This document shows, in pieces, positions 52,078 to 61,553 of a stretch of DNA of 64,000 nucleotides. The notes under the pieces are model-generated. The model saw nothing but the letters and a program-made list of their open reading frames with translations. It did not search any database and was not told the origin of the DNA. The stretch's first letter is position 1; each line of letters starts with the position of its first letter. The position numbers and the translations under genes were made by a program. The stretch comes from Podospora anserina (taxonomy: Eukaryota), in NCBI GenBank assembly GCA_017654855.1, contig CM030333.1, positions 3,286,001 to 3,350,000 on the forward strand, read 5' to 3'.

Positions 52078-52548
52078 TGTGAAGGATGAGTGTTGCTGTG
52101 TGTGAGTTGTGAAAGTGATGCTGAGACTGAGACTGGTACTGGTGGTGTAAGTGATATATACTGTCTCAAAGATTGCGGTGAGAAAAGGAAGCCACCAAGT
52201 GTTGACAGGATCGACTGGCGACACCGGACCTCCGCGGTGCAGGTCCACGGCTCACGACTTATAAGAACACGGACCGAGGCAGACGCACAGTAGCACGATG
52301 CGGGGTTGGCGGGAAACCAATGCCGCGCGCGTCCCAACAGCTCGGGTGCGCCGTTCCGTCTCGGCTCGGCTGCCGGCCCAAATCGTACATCCATCTTTAT
52401 CTTTTGTTTGTTTCTGTACCATAACAAAATAACAATACACACCCAAACCCCAAAACTCACTTCCTAAATATATACTCATCAAACATCAACACATTACATT
52501 ACTTTTGCCCACTCCCCACTCCCCATTCCCAACCCTAACCCCTAACCC

Positions 52549-54782
52549 CTAGTCCCTTCCCTTGCCCTTGCCCTTTCCATGTCTCTTTCCGGCACCCTCA
52601 GTCACGTTTCTCCCATGTGCCAACCCCAAGCAGTTGGCAATCTTGTAAAACACATCAATGTTGCTGTAAGTGCCGCCAAATGTCTCCTGGCACGGACCCC
52701 GAGCGTACACAGGCACGTCAGTGAGCGAGTGCACGCCCTGGCTCTCGCTGGTCGGAAGGGTGCCGTTGACGACAAAGCCATTGGGCCTATCCTTGTCGTT
52801 CACATAAGCCTCGCCACCTCTCGAAGTGGTGGGAGCACGAGGGGTGGCACCGATTCCGAAATCTTCACGACGATCGGGAGCGGCACCGACGCCAGCAGCG
52901 AGGACGTAGCGGGGGTCCCTGTTGAGAAGTGCCGTTAGTCATATTGCTAACCCAGACAGACAAAGATTGATACATACCAGTTCATGGGGAAGTTGGCACC
53001 AGTGCCATAGCTAACACCAGGCTTGGGCTCCGTGTACTGCGACAAGCCAGAGTTCTGGTAAACTCCAATGGCATTCCTCTTGCTGCGTTCGTCCTCCTGG
53101 GCCTCGGCATACTTGGTGTCCGAGCTGCCAAAGACATCTGTTCTTGTTGTCAGCACTTGTCATCAGCTTGAGTTCATTGAGAGGAGCATACCGAAACCAT
53201 GACCGTGGTCGGCAGACACAACGATCAGAGTATCATCCAAGATCCTCAACTTCTTGAGCTTCTCGATAGTGGCGCGAATGGTATCATCCATCTCCAAAAG
53301 ATCACCCAGGGCACGGTCATAGTCCAGCGCGTGCATCTGCTTGTCAATGCTAGCCGCCTCCGACATGAGGAAGAAGCCCTCCTTGCCGCCACGGTTGTGC
53401 AGGATATCAACAGCCTTGAGCGTCATCTCCTTCAGACCGGGCAGGTCCTTCGCAGGCTTGGCGGCGCCAGTGGGGTCGTTGTTGATCTCAAGGTTCTCGG
53501 GGAAGATGTGCCTATCGATCCAGACCGGAAGATTGTTCTTGCAGAAGATGCCCAGAGCCTTCTTGTCATTGGGGGCAGACAAGAGGGAAGTCTTGTTCAA
53601 GCTGACGCTGTAGCCCTTCTTGGCAAACTCGGCATAGTAGTCCTTGCCCTGGTAAGACCCTGGGCCAGCAATGAACTGGTCGGCACCGCCACCAAAGTAG
53701 GCATCGGGGCCGTCGGTCTTGGTCCACGAGTAGTTCTGCACGCCGTTGAGGGTCTGGTCGATGAGGACGCCATACTGGGAGCGGAGACGGGAGTGGCCTG
53801 AGAGGGCAATCGGCGTGGCGTCGGCAATGAAGGCAGTCGAGACGGCGCCCCACGCGGAGCCCCAGATGCGGAACAACATCTCGACGATGGTCTCGACCTT
53901 GGGGTCATCTTGAGGATCGGGGGAGGTGTCGGCATAGACACTGAAAGCCACAGTAAGCATCAAAGCATCAACGGTTCAAGACAAAACTTACCCGAGGGCA
54001 TTGACAGTGCTCTTGTGACCGGTGTACAAGGCCGAGGCGGAGTTTGCCGAATCAGTGATGAAGGTGTCGATCGAGTGTGTCTACTAGGCATTAGTATCGC
54101 TGTATCCTCGCCGACTGGCGCCATGTCATGAACGTACCATTTGGTGTCCCAGAACCGGGAAATCGTCGAGCGAGAGCAAGGTCTGATACTTGCCGTTGAC
54201 CGTCTTGTGTGCAAGCAGGCGGGCGGCCGTAATCATGTTGGTCGTCATGCCGTCGCCAATGAAGAAGATGACGTTCTTGGCCTTCTTCTTGGTAGCCAAA
54301 GGACGAACAGTCCATTCCGCCGTAGTCTTCTTGCCCGAAAAGTAGTTGAGCGTCACCGTGTAGGTTCCAGGCTCGTACAGCGCCACACGACGGTACGCCT
54401 TGGAAGCGACATTGACCACAGAGGGGGTCTTTGCGTCCTCTGCGAACAAGTCCTCGAACCAAGAGAAAGTCCACTTCTCAAGCGAGGGCTCAGAGCGGAT
54501 CTTGAAGAAGTCGGCGATGCTTCGCGGACGTCCACCATCTTTCGAGATGGTCGCCGTGAACTTCTCGTCGGGGACACCATTGTTGAATGCCTCGGATCCG
54601 TTCTTGGGGGCGTGAACCTCGAAACGAATGTCGAACTCCTGGCCAGGCAAGAAATCTTGCTGGTCTGGCGGGATCACGCAGCCCAGCGAAGGGCAGGTGC
54701 CGAATCTGCGGTAGGTCTGGGCCGAAGCAACAGAAGCCGTGGCTGCCAGCCAAACGGCGGCGAGGTCCAGTCTTGGGAGCAT
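52549..54782 (-). CDS. pho-2: Secreted alkaline phosphatase (Neurospora pho-2 type); exons 54782-54138, 54080-53992, 53940-53192, 53137-52978, 52918-52549
   Basis: Signal peptide; KNVIFFIGDGM, catalytic ITDSANSA, GFFLMSEAASIDKQMH, VSADHGH, VHSLTDVPVYA; four GT-AG introns restore frame. Confidence 0.9.
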
Positions 54783-54874
54783 TGTGAGGGTGCCTTGTCC
54801 GGGTGGCTGTTGACTTGAGTTGAAGCTACCTCACGCGAGCTCTCAATGTCGTTGATGTCGGGGCGGCAGCAAGC

Positions 54875-54884
54875 TTATATATAC
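54875..54884 (-). promoter_or_regulatory. TATA box of the alkaline phosphatase gene
   Basis: TATATATAA on the minus strand ~95 nt upstream of the ATG. Confidence 0.65.
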
Positions 54885-55080
54885 CCCGACCTTGATTTCT
54901 GCAGTGGGACGCTGATCGACATGCAATCACATTGCACCGACGACGGCAGCATGCGAGGGGGGCCGTCTTCCTGCTGCTTCCCTTTCCACACTGACGGATC
55001 CGGACTCCTCCCTGGGTAAGATGGGGGCATCAAGAAAGGAATACAAGGGCATCGTGAACGTCATGGCGAGTCGTTTCCAA

Positions 55081-55465
55081 CACGTGGCGTGGGTCGCGTA
55101 AGTGGTGGTCCTCACCCCATGTCCAAAGAAAACAATAAAATGCCACGGCTCGGAGATGCTTCCAGTGCCGTGATAACTGTCCCGCCCTCGCGCGGGGTGT
55201 GTATGTCGAAACCATGTGCGTCATGTCGAGCTCTGCGTGGGCGGTCTTTCGATGTAACTTGATGCCAAGATTTCGATGTTCCACCGCCAACGTGGTTGCG
55301 ATTCGAGCTCTGATTGGCGACGACTTATACCGATAACCATCCATGCCAGGAACATGGCCAACCCACCCACCGTAGGCCGTACTCCGTTACATTCTCCTCC
55401 TCGTTGCGCTTGGCTCTGTTGTGCGTGTTCAGGACCTTCTCGATACGGGGAGAGTGTCGCACGTG
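55081..55465. promoter_or_regulatory. Two CACGTG E-boxes (55081-55086, 55460-55465), candidate NUC-1/Pho4 sites
   Basis: Both read CACGTGG and lie 300 and 680 nt upstream of a phosphatase ATG; Pho4/NUC-1 bind CACGTG. Confidence 0.6.
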
Positions 55466-55702
55466 GTGAATCGAAAAGAATGCCCAAAAGTCCATGCCCT
55501 TCAATTTTTTGCCGCTTTTTTCTTTTCTTCAAATTTTTTTTCCTTTTGGCTCTCTGCCTTTTTTCTTTTCAACTTTTTTTTGGGTGAGAAACAGGCCTTT
55601 CTGGTCCCTCTTGCTGACCACGACAAAATGCAAACTCTCCATGATCTGCCTGTCTCAAGAGTCACAGAACAGATCACCGTCACCCCCCGAGACTTTTGAG
55701 CT

Positions 55703-56632
55703 CTAGTTAGCACATCCCTGTGATGAGATGAGCGTGTACAATGTGGCCTTGAACTTTCGCGCTTCTTCCACATCGAACGACACCACGTTGCTGGGGTCGC
55801 GCTTCAAAAAAGACGAATGCAACACCATGCCAACCGAGTGAAGACTGGTTAGGGCATAGATATATCCCAGTCCTCCCATCCCATTCCCCAGACTTTCCAG
55901 GGTATCGCTTCTCACCCCCCCACCCACGATCAGTTCTTGTCCGATCCTCGCCGTCTCGATAAGTACTTGCTTCAGAGCCTTGGTATTGTTGCTCGCATTT
56001 CCACAGCCACCGCTGGTAAGAACGGCCATCCCCTGTGTTTTTAACCACTCCAGGTCGTCCACCCACATCTCATCCCTGGAAGTTGAAATCACCAGATCGA
56101 AGGCTCGATGGAAGACACACTTGAAATCATCCCCTGCCAAATGCTTCAACTCCGCAGTTCTCACCCTGTCGACCACCAGCATCTGTGGGACCGAGCAAGA
56201 TTGTCTCAGAACGCCAAACACAAACCCATCTCCCCGCTCTCTGCTCATGTGCTTCGACTCTTTGAACTTGCGTATATCAGACTTCATCTGCTCGAACTCG
56301 GCATCTGAATAAACAAAGTCGGGCCCGAGCTTGGGTGCTCCGCAAGGTCGAATCATGATTCTGACAGGCACATCTTGGAGTCCGGCATGGTCAAGTGAGG
56401 CGTTGAGATGCTCGAGTTCCCAGGTGGATGGCGTAAGGCCATTTTGCTCTACATCAACTGTAGTCAATGCACAAAGTTCCCTGCTAAAGATACAGACGTC
56501 GGATGACTACTTACCATAGGATCCAGTTCTGTTCAATTCCAGTCTTGTTTTGCCATTGAGCTTTTCTCCGACAGCCTTCACAGCAGCAACTCCATCACGG
56601 GGCCCAAAAATGGCAACTTCGATTCCGCTCAT
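55703..56632 (-). CDS. cutC: CutC-family copper homeostasis protein; exons 56632-56515, ~56448-55703
   Basis: IEVAIF, RLELN, GLTPS, RIMIRP, DFVYS, DGFVFGVL, VFHRAFD, VLTSGG, IVGGGVR; donor GTAAGT at 56514. Confidence 0.85.
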
Positions 56633-57298
56633 CTTGGCTTTGGAGAGCTGGGAAGTTGCTTTGATGGTCAAGAAGGTGTGAGATCCGGATAGGCCTGGGT
56701 TCGAAAGCGGTTGATGTTTGGGAGAAGAATTTGGGCGAGGGGAATCGATTTTGAAGTTCCGTTGGCTCAACCAAAGTCCGGACCCTTCCATACCCGAACT
56801 TTAATTCCTCACCGGACTAAGAGTGCACCTTCCTCCCCGACAAGAGAGGATACGACATCCGTTATCAGAAGCCACCCGACGCCAGGCAGCACCACCGGGG
56901 AGTGAGGGGTAAAAGTGTGGGGAAATACACACATGATGCATTGCAATCAAATCGTGCAACACCTGACCCAAGAAACACAAACAACAAACAGAATGCCAAG
57001 CGAGTGCCCCTGAGCCCCTGAATCCTTTGTCAATTGAGTCTTTGGCACCCCGGCAAACACTTGGTCCACATTGCTCCCTCCTTCGTTTTTGAAAACCAAC
57101 ATCTTGAATGGGCTTTCCTCTCAAACAGATTATCCATCTTCAAGCTGCCTTCCACTCTTCATGACCACCAGGAAACTTTGTCCACCAGCGTGCGCATATC
57201 ACGAACAAAGCTATTGCATCTCACAAAGACCAGAAACACTACCCTAAGATATGCCTAGTGGCAGTTGGAGGAGTGTACTTACGCCAGACGGAAATTTT

Positions 57299-57854
57299 TT
57301 AAACCACTTCCCCGCTACCTCTTTGATGTTGCTCGAGAACCTCCCCATCATCCCCCCTGCGTTTAAACTCGAGAAGCAAAAAGTATGTCCCCGGAATCAT
57401 TCGATTTTCGCCAGCACCGAGGGGTTTGGCCAGTTGTGGAAGAGACTGATGAATGGTGGGCTATTTGGACGAGGCCCACTCACCTTCAAACTTCTTGCGG
57501 GCGAGTTCGCCGCCTGCCACCTGGGTTTCAAAAAAATCTCAGCCAAAGAAATAAAAAATCCAAGACGAGATATTTATAGAAAAAAAAATATAAAAAAATA
57601 AACAATAAAAAAAAAGACAGGCTCACTTTCAGAAAATACATCATCAGCCTCCCGTCTGGGTCTATGGCTTCGATATAGGCGGTTTGGTCCCACTAACTGG
57701 AGCTACCAGGGATGATGTCGAGGAACGTTGTGCCTTTGGGCGCTGCGTCTTCGACTGCGGGGTCGATGGTTCGGATCCGGCTATGTTTGAGCAGATGTCC
57801 GCGTGGGATGAGCCGGTGTTCTGCCATGACTTTTGCCATGCCGAATTCTGCCAT
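57299..57854 (-). pseudogene. Fructosamine-3-kinase-like N-terminal relic; exons 57854-57627, 57520-57299; in-frame TAG at 57695 and 57463
   Basis: Manual translation: ...IDPAVEDAAPKGTTFLDIIPGSSS*WDQTAYIEAIDPDGRLMMYFLK|VAGGELARKKFEGEWASSK*PTIHQSLPQLAKPLGAG...TYFLLLEF; phase-0 intron GTGAGC..GCTGAG..CAG. Family call is by pattern recognition only. Confidence 0.65.
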
Positions 57855-58229
57855 GTCGATCTTCTGTCACGGTTGGTGGTTGAAGTACTGAGTGAGAGCA
57901 ACGAGACCTACCTAGCCACCTCAGGTACCTCCCTAGTTATACTCACAGAGCTGACAGCTTCTTAGCGGAATCTTGGTGCACTTTTGAAACACACGCCATT
58001 CTCGTGACTAGTTACTCTCTGTCGGATGGAGAGAATGTATGAAAGATATGTTGGCTCCCAAGTTATCGATGGGTCATACGAGCTACGCAGTGGCAAATAG
58101 GTATGCACCCTCGTGCCTGACGCATGTGGAAAATATCCTACAAGGGGGGACAACAGGAGATGGAATTGAAAAAAAAAATCGAATTGATCAATTGGGAAAA
58201 ATAGAAGGTAAAGGGAAAAAAATACCATC

Positions 58230-58408
58230 AAAAAGCTCACCGAGCAGCCCACATTGGGGGTGCCCAGCTACGAAAACCTGTAAAGGTTTTACTTCGCCAA
58301 AGGCTCGAGCGGACACCCCTTGGTACTCTTTAGTCCTTACCCAAATCGGTGCCGCGACTCCCAATACTGCTATGCCATTTGGCAGGAGCCGAGTTGGGAG
58401 TCTCATTC
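58230..58408 (-). ncRNA. Candidate structured RNA polymerase III transcript of unknown family (~175 nt)
   Basis: TATATATA 58435-58442, A-box-like TGGCATAGCAG, B-box-like GCTCGAGCC, several nested stems, TTTTT at 58234-58230 and a T-rich trailer. Confidence 0.5.
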
Positions 58409-59104
58409 GATGATCGAAAGGGCGCGGGAGTTGGTATATATACCGTGGGAGCAGGGAGCAAGTGCTCTCGGACGACAACCAACACCGAAAGAGCGTTGCT
58501 CTTGACACAGGGCCCTGATGTTATCCAGACCTAGCAGTTAAGAAGTATTAGAGTGCCTAAGCTGGGTCTGTCAATCAGGTAGGTAGCCATCAGTTTCGCT
58601 CCCTGTGCAAGTCAGTCTTGAAATTCCAGTCGACATCTTTCCCCTTCGTCTCGATTGCGTGGCAGACATGATAGCTTCTCCGCGGTGTAAACAATAAAGA
58701 CGACACTTCCGAAGAATATTTATCTATACCTGCCATTAACTTTGCTGGGAAATGTCCGGTGATGCTCCGTAGGCTCATCACGAGTTGACGGTTCTCGCCC
58801 ATACCGCATGTTACCTAAGCAGCCAAGCAAGCAGAGAACAAACTAATCAAAGAGAGATATCAGTGACACTGAACAGATTTCCTCTCTTTTCTCACATCTT
58901 CAACATCCCAACCGACAGCATTTGTCGTCCACCCCGCCACCTAATCCCGAGTGAAAAGGGTTAGGGTTGCACATCCAACTCATCCCTAAGCCAAGCACGC
59001 CAGGGATCATCCCCTAACAACTCCCAAGTCTCCACCAACACAAAAAAGCGAGAAAAAAAGTTCAAAAAGAACTCTTCCTTGTTGGAAGGACGCAAAAGCT
59101 TGGA

Positions 59105-59193
59105 CGATCCGCCCAGGGGTCGAACCTGGAACCTCCTGATTACTTGATCTTTTGGAATCGTAGTCAGACGCGCTGCCATTACGCCAGCGGACC
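59105..59193 (-). tRNA. tRNA-Arg(ACG) with 17-nt intron
   Basis: GGTCCGC/GCGGATC acceptor stem, TGGCGTAATGG A-box, TCTGA-CTACGA-[TTCCAAAAGATCAAGTA]-A-TCAGG anticodon arm, CCAGG-TTCGACC-CCTGG T arm, downstream T runs. Confidence 0.95.
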
Positions 59194-59305
59194 TTGTTTT
59201 TTTGTTGGAGACTCTTCCTAGAGGTTGAGTTTATGATGCCGACATGGTGGCAACAGCATATGGTCAAATACTCCCACAATCCAATGCCACATCTATGTAA
59301 TGATC

Positions 59306-60562
59306 CTACTCCTTATCTTTATACAGCTGCAGATAACTTGCTTTGAGCCTATCAAGAATGTCAGCAATAAGCTCGCGAGGTACCAACAAGAGCACTCACC
59401 TCATATGCAAATGCTCATCAGCAGTCAACACCTTCCTCTCGGCATACGGATTCCCCTGCTTCGCCTGCGCATCCCCCTCATGATTCCTAACCCTCTCACT
59501 CGGCACAGGCTCCAACAGCGTCGTCCCCACAGGGTGGCAGAAAAACGCAATCGAGTACCTCGGCTCAGTATCCGTCTCACCGGCCACAGACGTCTTGCCC
59601 GGACCAGGAAACACCACCCTGTGAACTGTGCTCCTGAGCAGCCCATTAGTCCAGTAAGAAAGCAAATCCCCGATGTTCAACAGGATAGGAGGGGAAGGAT
59701 CATTCTCAGTCCCCGGTGGCACCACAGGAACAGGAGCCCACGTCTTCCCGTCTTGGGTCAGAATCTCCAGACCAGCCTGTCCCTTGAGGCGGAAGAGAAG
59801 GGTCATGGAACCGTAGTCAGAATGAGCCCCTGCGCGAACATCCTCCTCACGATTTGCGTCAGGGGTATCGGTGTGGGGCGGATAGTAGAGGAACCGGAGG
59901 ATGGTTCCCGAAGCGCCCCTTTCGCGGACGTGAGCGTTCTTAAAGAAGTCAGGGGGTGTGACCTGGAGACCGATGCCGAGGAGGGTGTTGATCTTGAGGC
60001 AGAGGTTGTAGCAGAGCTCACGGAAGTCGTTGATCTGGCTTTCGTGAGGGGCTATGGTGGGTGGCATGGGTTGGTCGGCTTTGCCGTTGATGAACTCGCC
60101 AAAGTTGAAAGCCCTGGACCTACTGTGAGTGATGAAAGCTACGATATATTGGGAGGATACTCACTCTTTGAAGTCACCGACCTGTTGCCTGTCAGTAGGA
60201 GGACGGTACATATCATCATGCGACACTTACACGCTGGGTTGATGGATCCAATGTCTCATACTGCATAGCAGACCAGCCGCGGTTGTTCTTCTGAATAGCA
60301 CATGCCTGCTTCTCTTCAAGTGGTGCTTTGAAGATCTTCCTGCCCTATGATGGTATGGTTAGATAAGCTTCAGACTCAGCTGTAAAGAAGATGGTACCAT
60401 ATCAAATGCGCCATGTACAGCATCGGCAGGAATATCTTTCCCTGTGTTCTTGATGTATATGAAGCCATGTTCAATGGCGGCCTCCACGAGCTCCTTGGCC
60501 ACCTGCTCCTGATTCTCCCCCGAGAGGTCAATGACGGGAATCTTTGCAACTTTGTTAGCCAT
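59306..60562 (-). CDS. 2-oxoglutarate/Fe(II) oxygenase, IPNS-like; exons 60562-60398, 60344-60231, 60181-60165, 60113-59400, 59348-59306
   Basis: IPVIDLS, HGFIYI, NRGW, GDFKEAFN, LRFLYYP, AHSDYGSMTLLF (HxD), STVHRV, RYSIAFF; four GT-AG introns including a 17-nt micro-exon. Confidence 0.9.
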
Positions 60563-61553
60563 TGAAGCCGTCGTATACCGATCCTGATATGTTTGTCGAA
60601 TGTGTCGTGTGTTCCCCGAGACAAATGATTGTTGAGTTGGTTGTTGAGTCAGAAAAGGAGCCGCAGATCGGTCCCGACAGCCACCGAATGGTCCAACACT
60701 AAGTTGCACTGATGATAAGGCAGCGAAGGATGTCAAATAGTTGGACTGGATCGTGTGTCACGATGGAAGCCGGCACGATTCGTAGAGTCAGAAAGTAAAT
60801 GGATAGTACATAGTCTTGAATTACGTAAACAATATTGCGAGAGCTCAGTTATCCCTCGGCATCAAGATAGATGATAACCGCCCTCTATCCATGAATGAGA
60901 TCACATCTCCCGGCCGAATGCGGCCACTGTCGGGGTTGGAGTCTATTTGCAGGAAACGGGATTCAGAGACCCAGTTAGTGCAACGATATCGGGCTATCGC
61001 GTCGGGTGGTAAACGGTCCCGCCAGCTGATTCATGTAAGCAGTAGAAAGCGATCAAAGTGGGTCCGGCAGCACCACGTCACCCGCGAGTTTGGATCGCCA
61101 AAACGATAGAGGGCGACCTGGAAGCTTGGGGACGCGATGCCTTCGGGGGTGCTGCGTGCTGTGGCAGGCCAAGCTGCGGCAGGCTTCTGCGCCTCTTGTC
61201 TCCTGCTCCAAAATCCCATCATCACAAAATTCCTCATCTCCAAGGCTAAATTGATTTACTCCCCCGAGAATTCGCGTCCATCACCACTTGTTTTTCCCAT
61301 TTTCCTCACATCCGAAGCAACTATCGTCATTTTGGCCTGCAGCCCCAGCCGAGCATTTTGATTGTCGTATTGGTCGCGCAGCAATTCCCACCCGCCCGGC
61401 GCTCGAGCCGTGACTTCATCTTCGAGTCTCTCTCCCTTTCCCTTTCTTCACCTGCGCCCCCGTCGCACCCACAAACCCACCCGCGAATCATTTCTCATCC
61501 CAACGCCCGCAGCCACAGTTGGTTGATTCCGCCAAACCTTTGTCGTCGCAGCC

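Noticed and set aside
57376-57395. AAAAGTATGTCCCCGG resembling the RNase MRP P4 5' strand
   Set aside because: Spacing is wrong, no matching 3' P4 strand, and it is the antisense of the PGTYFL codons of the kinase-like relic.
57821-57855. Three TGCCATG units at 12- and 15-nt spacing
   Set aside because: They are the ATG-GCA (Met-Ala) codons at the start of the relic; too short for an array.
57000-59050. Telomerase RNA on the minus strand, suggested by template-like AACCCTAACCCT at 58968-58957 and many downstream stems
   Set aside because: I could not identify a pseudoknot, P6.1 or Sm site; the distal part is better explained by the kinase-like relic, the tRNA leaves little room for a 5' domain, and the same 12-mer occurs elsewhere. 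A covariance-model search would settle it.
59300-60268. 322-aa ATG-started ORF antisense to the 2OG oxygenase, open across three introns
   Set aside because: No motifs, and composition mirrors the sense codons; staying open over three ~50-nt introns is within chance.
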